Positions 35,676 to 44,230 of a stretch of 64,000 nt of DNA are shown piece by piece. The DNA comes from an archaeon (GTDB taxonomy: Archaea > Nanobdellota > Nanobdellia > Pacearchaeales > GW2011-AR1). The position numbers were made by a program, and so were the translations under genes. Where the stretch lies: NCBI GenBank assembly GCA_043822125.1, contig JBDRCB010000004.1:8647-72646 (forward strand), written 5' to 3'. The notes beneath the pieces were generated by a model. That model did no database searches, was not told the DNA's origin, and was given only the letters and a program-made list of their open reading frames with translations. How positions within the stretch are numbered: the first letter of the stretch is position 1; every line of letters starts with the position of its first letter.

Positions 35676-36290
35676 TCATCTTCTTCTGAACACATAAAAT
35701 AAAACTGCAATTCCTGACAAAATAAAAACTGCTAATGAAATGTAATTCATATTGCTGTTAATCCATTCTGAATTCACCCCGAAAAAATATCCTATTCCTA
35801 TTAAAATTGCTGTCCATATTCCTGCACCAATTGCAGTAAAAATACAGAATTTAAAGAAGTTCATTCTTGAAAATCCTGCTGGAAGTGAAATAAGCTGTCG
35901 AATTACAGGAATTAATCTTGCTGTAAAGATAGTCATCTCTCCATGTTTTTTAAAAAACTCGTCGGATTTTTCAATATTTTTTTTCTTTATAAAAAATATT
36001 TTTCCATATTTATCCACAAGGAAATCAATTGTGGTTCTTCCTAAAAACAAAGCTAAAAAATAATTAAACACTGCTCCTGCCAGACTTCCTAAAAGTCCTG
36101 CGAGAAAAACAAGAATAAAACTCATCTGCCCTTTTGCGATGAGGGCTCCTGCAGGAATTAAAACTATCTCACTTGGAAAAGGAATAAAAGAACTCTCTAT
36201 AGTCATGCCGATAAAAATTCCAAGATATCCTAATTCGTTTACGAGGGCCAGAACAATCGCTACTAATTGAGACAACAAATCTCCTATCAT
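35676..36290 (-). CDS. DedA/SNARE-associated family membrane protein
   Basis: GYLGIFIGMTIESSFIPFPSEIVLIPAGAL and RLIPVIRQLISLPAG are DedA signatures. Confidence 0.8.
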   Translation of the reverse strand: MIGDLLSQLVAIVLALVNELGYLGIFIGMTIESSFIPFPSEIVLIPAGALIAKGQMSFILVFLAGLLGSLAGAVFNYFLALFLGRTTIDFLVDKYGKIFFIKKKNIEKSDEFFKKHGEMTIFTARLIPVIRQLISLPAGFSRMNFFKFCIFTAIGAGIWTAILIGIGYFFGVNSEWINSNMNYISLAVFILSGIAVLFYVFRRR

Positions 36291-36817
36291 TTTTTAAAAT
36301 TAGATTTTTTATATAAAAATTTAATGTCAGAATAAAACGGGATTTCTTTTATTCTGAAAATCTTAACTTCTGAAAACCAAATTGCTACGACAAAAACTGT
36401 GCTTAATACATACCAAAAAACAGCATGAGTTATATCAAATCCAGGAGAGCTGTAAAAAGCAAGCAGTCCGAGAGAAAATATCCTCAATATGTTCACAATT
36501 AAAAGAACAGCGAAGGATAGTGCAATCATTTTTATTCTTTTAGGAAGTTTTATATTTGGTGTTGAAAGATTCAGTATAAGCAATAGATAATAAGCAGAGC
36601 CTGCCACACATGCCTCAACGACCTCAATTATAGGGTAATTGCTAACTGAAATACTCACACCTGACAAAGAAGTTTCAAAAAAAACACTGAAGAGCAGATA
36701 AACAGGATAAATCGTAAGAGGGGTGAAGATAAAATAAAATATCCAGAGATTTGGAATTGCAACTGCGATAAGAACAAGATATCTTATTAAAATACTCCTG
36801 ACACTTATCTTTTTCAT
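36287..36817 (-). CDS. exosortase/archaeosortase-family membrane protein (putative)
   Basis: 176 aa, polytopic. Candidate Cys-Arg-His triad in family-typical contexts: VVEACVAGSAYY, IVNILRIFSLG, FDITHAVFWY. Confidence 0.5.
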   Translation of the reverse strand: MKKISVRSILIRYLVLIAVAIPNLWIFYFIFTPLTIYPVYLLFSVFFETSLSGVSISVSNYPIIEVVEACVAGSAYYLLLILNLSTPNIKLPKRIKMIALSFAVLLIVNILRIFSLGLLAFYSSPGFDITHAVFWYVLSTVFVVAIWFSEVKIFRIKEIPFYSDIKFLYKKSNFKK

Positions 36818-36856
36818 AAATAATAATAAGAAATTACCTTTAAATAAGTTTAGAAT

Positions 36857-38479
36857 TTATTTTCTTGCAATTCTTACTGCTACAAAAATAATTACAACTA
36901 CAAGAATTATATTAAGAAATGCAATTCCCCACAGCCATGCATTCTCGCTGATTGCTGCACCAGTAATTCCGCTGAAATATCCTCTTGATGATGATTCTTC
37001 AATTAAAACTGAAACAGGCTGAGTCAAAACTAATTCAGTCCCTGACATTAATTCAAAATTGAAAATCTGCTCTCCTGAAACATCTTCTTTTACATTGAAT
37101 GTATAAAATAACTCTCTTGACTGCCCTTTATCTAGTGTAAATGTGTTCTGGCTTGCACTTGAAGATGCCCATGATGTATAACCTGCTGCACTAAGAACAT
37201 AAGTTGCTGTTGCGTCGCCTGTGTTTGTAACTGTTGCTTTAATTATTAATTCTCCCCCTGCTTTTCCTCCTGATTCTACTGAAGCAGAGATTAACGCCTT
37301 CGCATTAACTGCACAACCACCTTCTATCCTTAACTCTCTCTCAAAGACAGATTTCTTATCTTTAAAATTACTTTCATAAACATCATTATATTCATCACGA
37401 ACTTCAAAGACCAAATTGTAAGATTTTTCTTTTGCATTTGCTGGAATTTTTATTAAAACATCTAATTTTGCGTCATCAAATTCATCCATATCCCCAATTT
37501 TAAAAACCTTATCAATTCCAAGTTCAGAATTATAAATTCTTACTGAAACATCATCTTGTTCATTGTCTCCAATGTTCCACACTTCTGCTGTAATTCTCAT
37601 TTCATCTCCACATCTGTTCACTTCTGGAAATTGAATATTGTTTAAGATTACAAAATCAGATTCATCTTCTACTGAAATTGTGCTGTCGAAATCACTTGCA
37701 CAGGCAAAATATTCACCTGCATCATCATCAACCTCGCCTGTTGCCCTCACATAAAGTACAAGATTCCCATTTGCAATTTCCTCTAAATCTTCATCAAGCT
37801 CATCGTCAAGTTTAAAAGAAAGTATAATAGTTTCATCTGTATTTTTCTTTAAATCAATTTCTTCTTCCTCGTCAACTTCAATTACCCATCCACCTGTTTC
37901 AGAGTTATAAATACCCCATTCAACAGAGATATCCCTTATTTTATAATCATCATTTTCATTTTTAACTCTTAATTCAACTTCTATTTCATCAAACAGCAAC
38001 CACTCTTCATCTTTTCCAAAGCCAGATTTTACATTAATATTTCTTATTTCCATTTCCAAGTCATCATTTAGATTAGAATATTCATTTCCGTCGAATATGC
38101 AAAATCCTGTGTTCTTTGCAAAAGAAACTAACTGAGAACCGCCTGTTGATGCAGAGAGAGTGGTAGAATATGGTTTTTCAAATTCAAAATTAAATCCAGT
38201 TTGAACATTATAATTAATTATTATTGTAGTAGGTGTATTTTCAATAAGAGCCTCAGAAGTAGGAGTAAATGTAATTAGTTTTCCAGTGGAATCTATAATC
38301 TGTGTTGCGGAAAAAGTTACTGATTCGTTTACGTCACTCGTAGCAGTTATTGTAAATGAAGTTCCTGTTTGAGATAAAGTCGGAACATTTGAAAATGTAA
38401 CTATAGCACTTGCAAAACTTGTTAATAGAACTAATGCAAAAATGCCTGCTGTCAATAGTGTGAAAATTTTTGTTTTCAT
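36857..38479 (-). CDS. surface protein with CARDB-like domains and C-terminal TM plus basic tail
   Basis: Signal peptide. Segments VWNIGDNEQDDVSVRIYN and ATVTNTGDATATYVLSA look like CARDB-type beta-sandwiches. C-terminus GITGAAISENAWLWGIAFLNIILVVVIIFVAVRIARK. Confidence 0.6.
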   Translation of the reverse strand: MKTKIFTLLTAGIFALVLLTSFASAIVTFSNVPTLSQTGTSFTITATSDVNESVTFSATQIIDSTGKLITFTPTSEALIENTPTTIIINYNVQTGFNFEFEKPYSTTLSASTGGSQLVSFAKNTGFCIFDGNEYSNLNDDLEMEIRNINVKSGFGKDEEWLLFDEIEVELRVKNENDDYKIRDISVEWGIYNSETGGWVIEVDEEEEIDLKKNTDETIILSFKLDDELDEDLEEIANGNLVLYVRATGEVDDDAGEYFACASDFDSTISVEDESDFVILNNIQFPEVNRCGDEMRITAEVWNIGDNEQDDVSVRIYNSELGIDKVFKIGDMDEFDDAKLDVLIKIPANAKEKSYNLVFEVRDEYNDVYESNFKDKKSVFERELRIEGGCAVNAKALISASVESGGKAGGELIIKATVTNTGDATATYVLSAAGYTSWASSSASQNTFTLDKGQSRELFYTFNVKEDVSGEQIFNFELMSGTELVLTQPVSVLIEESSSRGYFSGITGAAISENAWLWGIAFLNIILVVVIIFVAVRIARK

Positions 38480-38587
38480 TTGTTGTAATTTCGGAGTTAC
38501 ATTGGTTTATAAATATTTCTGTTTTTCAAAATATAGTTTACATTAGTGATTAAAAACATTTATATATTTATAGTGGTAATAAATAAA

Positions 38588-38977
38588 ATGGTTATTAAAG
38601 CAAGGGAGAACTATCTTAGTGCGTGGGCCTTTCTCATTGGTGTTATCTTAGCAATAATTATTGGAATAAGTACTTCATCTTTCTTGTCAATAGATATTGT
38701 AAAAAAATACAGCTCTCAAATCTATGCTGTATTGATTATACTTGGAATTGTTGTTGGTTTTATGAATGTGACTGGAAGAGACTCGCAGACATTTCTTCTT
38801 TCTGGAACAGTTTTAGTAATAGTCAGCAGATTTGGAATGGAAAGTGTCAGGGGCTCTTTAATAGGAATAGGAGTGGGTGATGTTGTCTCCTCGACGTTTG
38901 CAGCACTTCTGGCATTGTTTGTTCCTGCCACAATTATAGTTGCATTAAAAACAGTGTTTTCAATTGCAAAAGTTTAA
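38588..38977 (+). CDS. small polytopic membrane protein
   Basis: Start taken at MVIKARENY (ORF track: 38546). Four hydrophobic helices. Confidence 0.45.
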   Translation: MVIKARENYLSAWAFLIGVILAIIIGISTSSFLSIDIVKKYSSQIYAVLIILGIVVGFMNVTGRDSQTFLLSGTVLVIVSRFGMESVRGSLIGIGVGDVVSSTFAALLALFVPATIIVALKTVFSIAKV

Positions 38978-39594
38978 TTTTTATAGATATTTCTTATGTC
39001 ATCTAAATTTATGATTTTTGGACTGCTCATATCAAGTCTTGTGCATGCAGTATTTACCCATGACTCAATTTCAGGAAAATTCTCAAATTCCCCTGCATGT
39101 ATATTATTTGCTATAAATAAATAGGAGTTTTTGCTCCTGAGTTTTTTCTTTAAATTGACGGCTCTATCAAATCTCTGCTGTCCTGGCTTAATTGAAATGA
39201 GGATTCCTATTTTCTGTGCATTTAGAAATCTCACATATGAAACTTTTTTATTTTTTTCAAGAGATTGCAGGTCTTCTTTAGATATTCTCACAAATGAATC
39301 TCTGCTTAACATATAAATAGGAAGTTTTATCTTCTGAGCAAGAGAAACAGCATGAAATTTTCCGTCGCTGAGAAGTAAAACTGCTTTTGTATTTTTTGGA
39401 AATTCCGGCTTTGAACATCCCAGAACCTGCAAGAAGTTTGTAATGTGATGGGTTTCTGACAGAATATTTTTCACCTGCTCTGCCTGTTTTTTATACTGAA
39501 TAGAATACACTACTGCAAGATTTTTCGGAAGTTTTGGGAGATCTTTCAAAGAAATATTTAATTTTGATTCTGCTGGGATAAACAAAGTTTTCAT
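38974..39594 (-). CDS. Dph2-like (diphthamide synthesis) protein, short form
   Basis: VLGCS, LLLSDGKFHAVSLA and WVNTACTRLD resemble Dph2 (vLGC; G.FH; tACPRi). At 206 aa it is shorter than my recollection of ~330 aa for archaeal Dph2. Confidence 0.5.
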   Translation of the reverse strand: MKTLFIPAESKLNISLKDLPKLPKNLAVVYSIQYKKQAEQVKNILSETHHITNFLQVLGCSKPEFPKNTKAVLLLSDGKFHAVSLAQKIKLPIYMLSRDSFVRISKEDLQSLEKNKKVSYVRFLNAQKIGILISIKPGQQRFDRAVNLKKKLRSKNSYLFIANNIHAGEFENFPEIESWVNTACTRLDMSSPKIINLDDIRNIYKN

Positions 39595-39627
39595 ATAATG
39601 GTAAAGAAAAGAGAATTTTAAATGTTA

Positions 39628-40023
39628 TTAATAATCAAACTTGCTCTTTTTTTCTTCAGTTGTTTTTTCAACTTCCTTAGAGATTTTAGCAAAAGAAGGA
39701 GTTACAATAACAATATTTTCTCCGAAACCTGCTATGCTTCCTTCAAGAGCGTCTGTTGTTTTCTTAATCTTTGAAACTGCTCTTTTTAATTCAATTGAAT
39801 CTTTCTGCCTCAAAACTTTAATATCAATAATTGCAATTGTGTATCCTTCTCTTAATGCATTCAAAATATCATTAACATCCTCGTACTGCTTCAGAACAAA
39901 TAATTTCACAAGGATTTTATTTTGTTTTTCTTCCTGCCCTAAATCTATCTCAAGATATTCGTGCTCAGAATCATCTTTTCCAAAAGAATCTGAAAAAGCT
40001 CTTTTTAATTTTTTGAAGACCAT
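39628..40023 (-). CDS. sepF: cell division protein SepF (DUF552)
   Basis: YLEIDL...ILVKLFVLKQYEDVNDILNALREGYTIAIIDIKVL...LKRAVSKIKKTTDALEGSIAGFGENIVIVTP is the SepF core. Confidence 0.75.
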   Translation of the reverse strand: MVFKKLKRAFSDSFGKDDSEHEYLEIDLGQEEKQNKILVKLFVLKQYEDVNDILNALREGYTIAIIDIKVLRQKDSIELKRAVSKIKKTTDALEGSIAGFGENIVIVTPSFAKISKEVEKTTEEKKSKFDY

Positions 40024-40081
40024 AGTAAATTTAACTTGATGATATTTATAAAGATTTCGTAATTATTTTAGATATTTATAT

Positions 40082-40396
40082 CTATTTATTTACAATTTCT
40101 TTTCTAATCCCATTTAACCTTTCCTTAATAGAATTCTCCTGTTTCTCAATAGTTTTCATCCTCAAATTAAGGGCTTTTTCTTTATCCAGCAGTTCTTTTT
40201 TTATTTTTGGTTTTTCTGATTTTATCATCAGCTGTCCTATTATCTTAAAAACTTCGTCTCCTGACTTTTCAATCTCTTCTAGGGCTGCACGAGTTTCAGT
40301 CAGCTCTATCTGAAAAGCCTGCTTTTGAAACAAAAAATTCTGAATGTTCTGCTCTAAAAAATGTATCTCCTGGATTTTTTTATCTTGCTCAGACAT
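40082..40396 (-). CDS. pfdB: prefoldin beta subunit
   Basis: 104 aa, coiled-coil/beta-hairpin/coiled-coil layout: QAFQIELTETRAALEEIEKSGDEVFKIIGQLMIK. Confidence 0.8.
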   Translation of the reverse strand: MSEQDKKIQEIHFLEQNIQNFLFQKQAFQIELTETRAALEEIEKSGDEVFKIIGQLMIKSEKPKIKKELLDKEKALNLRMKTIEKQENSIKERLNGIRKEIVNK

Positions 40397-40397
40397 T

Positions 40398-40535
40398 TTA
40401 AATTGCTTTTATCTTTTTTACTTTTGTCCTTGGTTTGTAGAAAATTTTGCTTCCACAATAAGGGCAGACAAATCTCTTGTCAGTTTCTTCTTTTTTAATT
40501 TTCTTCTCGCATTTGAAACATTTGTATGTTATCAT
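40398..40535 (-). CDS. rpoP: RNA polymerase subunit Rpo12/RpoP, 45 aa
   Basis: Hand-translated: MITYKCFKCEKKIKKEETDKRFVCPYCGSKIFYKPRTKVKKIKAI. CxxC...CPYCG zinc ribbon, ending 1 nt before the pfdB start. Below the ORF-track cutoff. Confidence 0.75.
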   Translation of the reverse strand: MITYKCFKCEKKIKKEETDKRFVCPYCGSKIFYKPRTKVKKIKAI

Positions 40536-40566
40536 TTTATATTCTATAAATCAAGCATTAAAAACT

Positions 40567-40788
40567 TTACTCATTAAGATAATAAGTATTTGATGCAAAT
40601 TTTTTTCCGCATTTTCTGCAGTGCCAAATTCCACTTGACAATCTTTTAACTCCTATTTTAGAACAGTAAGGGCATTTTTGTTTTTTTCTTTGTTTCTCCT
40701 CTACTTTAACAAGTCGTGCTTTTACTGTTTTTCCGTATCTTGCTCCGAATCTTCCTGCTGATTTTATTTTTTTTAATTTGCTTGGCAT
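40567..40788 (-). CDS. rpl37ae: ribosomal protein eL43 (L37Ae)
   Basis: GRFGARYGKTVKARLVKVEEKQRKKQKCPYCSK...WHCRKCGKKFA, a zinc ribbon typical of L37Ae. Confidence 0.85.
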   Translation of the reverse strand: MPSKLKKIKSAGRFGARYGKTVKARLVKVEEKQRKKQKCPYCSKIGVKRLSSGIWHCRKCGKKFASNTYYLNE

Positions 40789-40895
40789 TTTATTATTATA
40801 TCTATTCTCTATGAAAATTTTGTCAATTTAGATGAGATTTGAGATTTAATTATTCTTGATTTTCTCAAACCCGAAGGGATTTTCAGTTTAGTATA

Positions 40896-40968
40896 TGGGG
40901 CTGCCCGGATTTGAACCGGGGTCGTCAGGTCCCAAACCTGAAAGGCTACCAGGCTACCCCACAGCCCC
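40896..40968 (-). tRNA. tRNA-Pro (anticodon UGG)
   Basis: Minus-strand read GGGGCTGTGGGGTAGCCTGGTAGCCTTTCAGGTTTGGGACCTGACGACCCCGGTTCAAATCCGGGCAGCCCCA folds as a cloverleaf. 7-bp acceptor, anticodon arm TCAGG/TTTGGGA/CCTGA, T arm CCCGG/TTCAAAT/CCGGG. No encoded CCA. Confidence 0.85.
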
Positions 40969-40999
40969 TTATCAAAAAAGGGTTATGGGAATTTATAAA

Positions 41000-41611
41000 C
41001 TATTTCTTTTTAACATCTTTCGCTTCCTTAGATTCCTGAGCCATCTGCTCCTGCTTTAAAATTTTATCCTGCTCTGCTTTTAATTTTGAAAAATAAGCAT
41101 CAAGTTCTTCTTTCTTTTCAGAAGGAGTTTCTGTTTTCTCTGCTTTAATTTCCTTATCATATTTCCCTTCTGAAACTTCTTTTGCAACTTCAACAGCAGG
41201 CTTACCTTCAATTAAAACTCCCAACGATGCACAGCTCCCGACAATTGTTTTTACAGCTGATTTCAAATCTTTGCACAGGAGATTTGGCATTTTTGTTTTT
41301 GCAATTGCAATTATCTGCTCAATTGAAGCATTTCCTGTTTTGATTTTTTTGTGGTCTCCTGAACCTTTTGTTATTTTTAATTCATTCTTTAATAATTCAG
41401 ATACAGGCGGAGAAAAAACCTGAACAGAAACTTCTTTTGTGTTTAAATCAATATCAACTTCCACAGGAACTTTCATTCCTTTAAAATCTGCTGTGGCTTC
41501 ATTTATTTTCTGAATAACTTGATTCATACCAATTCCTGTAGGCCCAAGCTTCTGGCTGAGTGCAGGACCTGGCTTCATATTTCCTCCTTCTGCTAAAAGT
41601 TTAATCTGCAT
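41000..41611 (-). CDS. rpl11: ribosomal protein uL11 with Lys/Glu-rich C-terminal extension
   Basis: KLLAEGGNMKPGPALSQKLGPTGIGMNQVIQKINEAT is the L11 N-domain. At 203 aa it is ~40 aa longer than I expect, owing to a charged tail. Confidence 0.85.
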   Translation of the reverse strand: MQIKLLAEGGNMKPGPALSQKLGPTGIGMNQVIQKINEATADFKGMKVPVEVDIDLNTKEVSVQVFSPPVSELLKNELKITKGSGDHKKIKTGNASIEQIIAIAKTKMPNLLCKDLKSAVKTIVGSCASLGVLIEGKPAVEVAKEVSEGKYDKEIKAEKTETPSEKKEELDAYFSKLKAEQDKILKQEQMAQESKEAKDVKKK

Positions 41612-42053
41612 TTTCCTCCTCCCTTCTTATTATTCTTACATTATCCAATTTAATTGTGACTGGCAGTGGAACAACTGCTCCAAGCAAACTTACAACTACT
41701 TCTTCTTTTTGTTTGTCTACTCTTAAAACTTTCGCTTTTTCTTTCTTGAATGCTTCTGAGATTATTTCCACTATGTCTCCTTCTTTTATTGAAACAGCAT
41801 CCACCGACGGCTCAATCATATTTTTTATCTCCTCGTAGCCTATTGTTTTTCCGATTATCCCTTTGACATACGGTAAGTTAAAGACAGCCTCTTCTGCAGA
41901 TTCCCTGTTTTCTGCTTCAAGAAGAATATATCCTCTTAATCCATGCGGACGAGAGATAGAATATACATTAAGATTTTTCTTTTCTGCTCTTTCAGCTATC
42001 ATATCAACAGCTTTTTCTTCCTTATTCGTCGTGACTTTAATGATAAATATCAT
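41601..42053 (-). CDS. spt5: transcription elongation factor Spt5 (NusG)
   Basis: NGN domain (IFIIKVTTNKEEKAVDMI...GYILLEA) and KOW (GDIVEIISEAFKKEKAKVLRVD). Sits in the conserved secE-spt5-rpl11 order. Confidence 0.8.
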   Translation of the reverse strand: MIFIIKVTTNKEEKAVDMIAERAEKKNLNVYSISRPHGLRGYILLEAENRESAEEAVFNLPYVKGIIGKTIGYEEIKNMIEPSVDAVSIKEGDIVEIISEAFKKEKAKVLRVDKQKEEVVVSLLGAVVPLPVTIKLDNVRIIRREEENAD

Positions 42054-42144
42054 TTTATATAAGTTATTTAGTTCACTCTACAACTCAACTTTTTGAGAAG
42101 TAGTATAATTATTTAAAATTAAGAGTTTATAAAATTTTGGTTGC

Positions 42145-42324
42145 TTATGATATGAAAACTTTCATTGCGATTGAAATGAAAAAACCAATTGCCCCTATAA
42201 TCAAAATTCCTATTGCTGATACTTTAGCAACTGTTTCAAATTCTTTTCTCGTGGGTTTTTTCAAAACTTGCCAGACTCTCCTGCATTTGAACAAAAAAGA
42301 TTTCGTAGGTGTTAAAAATTTCAT
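42145..42324 (-). CDS. secE: preprotein translocase SecE / Sec61-gamma, 59 aa
   Basis: Hand-translated: MKFLTPTKSFLFKCRRVWQVLKKPTRKEFETVAKVSAIGILIIGAIGFFISIAMKVFIS. KP.r.EF motif plus a single TM, at the expected position upstream of spt5. Below the ORF-track cutoff. Confidence 0.65.
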   Translation of the reverse strand: MKFLTPTKSFLFKCRRVWQVLKKPTRKEFETVAKVSAIGILIIGAIGFFISIAMKVFIS

Positions 42325-42352
42325 GGATTAAACAATAAAAAAGAGTTTTTAA

Positions 42353-44227
42353 TTATTTCGTCATTAATTCAAACACCCCATCCCATTCTTTTTTTGGGGG
42401 ATTTTTTATATATTCCCCGCAGCGTTTTACAAATATTTTTGAGGGACAATCATCTGGGCTAATCTTCAGAATATCTTCAAATTCTTTTTTTGCATCTTTA
42501 AAATTTGATTTAAAATAGAGAGTCAATGCTTTTTCATATTTTTTAATTAATTCTTTATCAGGTTTAGCACAGAGCTCATATATTGCTACAGGAATTTTTT
42601 TGCCTTTTACTTTTACTAAATCCAATTTTCTCGTCGTAAATTCTCCCTCTATTAAATTTTTAGTTGAATCTGAAATGATTATATCAACTCCATATTGCTT
42701 TGTAAGCCCTTCCAGTCTTGAAGCTAAATTCACAGAGTCGCCTATCGCAGTATAATCAAATCTGTCTTCAGAACCCATATTTCCGATAATTGCATCTCCT
42801 GTATTTATCCCGCATCCTATTTTTATTTCAGGGTGTCCTTTTTTATTCCATTCTTTTTTCAAACAATTCAATGCATCTATCTGCTCAATTGCACTCTTGC
42901 ATGCTAATTTAGAATGATTCTCTTCGAGAAGAGGTGCATTCCAAAAAGCCATTATTGCGTCTCCAATAAATTTATCTACTGTACCATTGTTCTTTAAAAT
43001 TATCTCAGTCATTTTAGTCAGATAATCATTCATCAAGCCAACTAAATCCTCTGGAGAGAGTTTTTCGCTGATTGAAGTAAATCCCCTTATATCGCTGAAA
43101 AAAATAGTGATTTGTCTTTTTGCGCCACCAAGTTTCATCTGATGTTTTTTTTCCAGAATCTCTTTCAGTAAATCTTTGCTGATATATTTTCCAAAGGCAT
43201 TTGTAAGATAAATATTTTGCTTTTTCTCCTCGAGATAATTAGCAGCTATTCCTGCTCCTGTAAAAAACAAAACCGAGACAGGAAAGAAAAACAAATCAAT
43301 CAAATAATTGTAATTATTAAACAAAAAAATTGAAGCAATAAAATAACTAAATAAAAATAAAAGAACAACAGGGATAATATAATAAATTTTTAATTTTGAC
43401 AGAAAGAAATAGCATATCACAGAGGATAAAAAGACGAGCAAGATAATGCTATATTTTTTCTGTTTTTCAAGAAAATTATTTAATATTAAATTCTGAATTA
43501 TATTTGCATGAATTTCCACACCATACATTGCAACCCCTTCTGAAGTGGGGACATAAAATAAATCATGAAGATTAGGTGCAGTCGCCCCTATCAGCACAAT
43601 TTTGTTTTTAAAATCAAAAAAATCTTCCCTGCTAAGAACATCATAAATACTTATTGAATTAAAAGTGCCGGGGCTCCCTGCGAAATTAATGAGATAATTT
43701 TTATTTTCTAATATCTCTTTTCCAGAATATTTTTTGTATATCTGAAAAGAAAACGGCAGTTCATTTGAGATGATTCCCGAATCAACACTTCTTGTAACTC
43801 CATCAGAATCTGTAGCAAGATTGACATAGCCGTGTTCAGAATCAAAAATCGGCTTTATTAAAACCCCTTCATTAATCTCAGACGCTAGAATCGTGTTTTT
43901 AGAAGATTCTAAAAAAGATTTTAAGTTCTCATCACTATCACTCTCCTCAAAAAAAGAAACATCAACTCCAATTACTTTTGCTTCATTCAACTTGGATAAA
44001 ACATCTGCAAAAACATCCCGATTCCACGGCCATCTTCCGATTTTGCCTATGCTCTCGTCATCAATTTTTAAAATAACAATATTATCCAAAGAAGATTTTC
44101 CACTGTAAATCCTATCTGAAATTGAAGCATTGAGATAATAAAAAAAATTAAAGGAAATCAAAAGAGAAAACAGCAAAAATAAAACTGCATAAATAATTAA
44201 ATTTCTAATAGAAAAACTCTCTTTCAT
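42353..44227 (-). CDS. CHASE2 sensor domain / class III adenylate (guanylate) cyclase
   Basis: N-terminal TM plus CHASE2 (IVILKIDDESIGKIGRWPWNRDVFADVLSKLNEAKVIGVDVSFFE). A TM bundle follows, then the cyclase core (ITIFFSDIRGFTSISE...GTVDKFIGDAIMAFWNAP...GDSVNLASRLE). Confidence 0.8.
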   Translation of the reverse strand: MKESFSIRNLIIYAVLFLLFSLLISFNFFYYLNASISDRIYSGKSSLDNIVILKIDDESIGKIGRWPWNRDVFADVLSKLNEAKVIGVDVSFFEESDSDENLKSFLESSKNTILASEINEGVLIKPIFDSEHGYVNLATDSDGVTRSVDSGIISNELPFSFQIYKKYSGKEILENKNYLINFAGSPGTFNSISIYDVLSREDFFDFKNKIVLIGATAPNLHDLFYVPTSEGVAMYGVEIHANIIQNLILNNFLEKQKKYSIILLVFLSSVICYFFLSKLKIYYIIPVVLLFLFSYFIASIFLFNNYNYLIDLFFFPVSVLFFTGAGIAANYLEEKKQNIYLTNAFGKYISKDLLKEILEKKHQMKLGGAKRQITIFFSDIRGFTSISEKLSPEDLVGLMNDYLTKMTEIILKNNGTVDKFIGDAIMAFWNAPLLEENHSKLACKSAIEQIDALNCLKKEWNKKGHPEIKIGCGINTGDAIIGNMGSEDRFDYTAIGDSVNLASRLEGLTKQYGVDIIISDSTKNLIEGEFTTRKLDLVKVKGKKIPVAIYELCAKPDKELIKKYEKALTLYFKSNFKDAKKEFEDILKISPDDCPSKIFVKRCGEYIKNPPKKEWDGVFELMTK

Positions 44228-44230
44228 AAT

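Noticed and set aside
38623-38880. 85-aa alternative-frame ORF
   Set aside because: It lies nested inside the 38588-38977 membrane-protein ORF, which has a coherent TM pattern. The nested product is Cys/Trp-rich noise.
39641-40039. 132-aa + strand ORF (similarly 49364-49969 on the - strand)
   Set aside because: These are antisense to sepF and taw1 respectively, both of which have clear family motifs. No independent support.
42137-42331. 64-aa + strand ORF from the track
   Set aside because: The opposite strand encodes a 59-aa protein with the SecE motif and TM at the syntenic position upstream of spt5.
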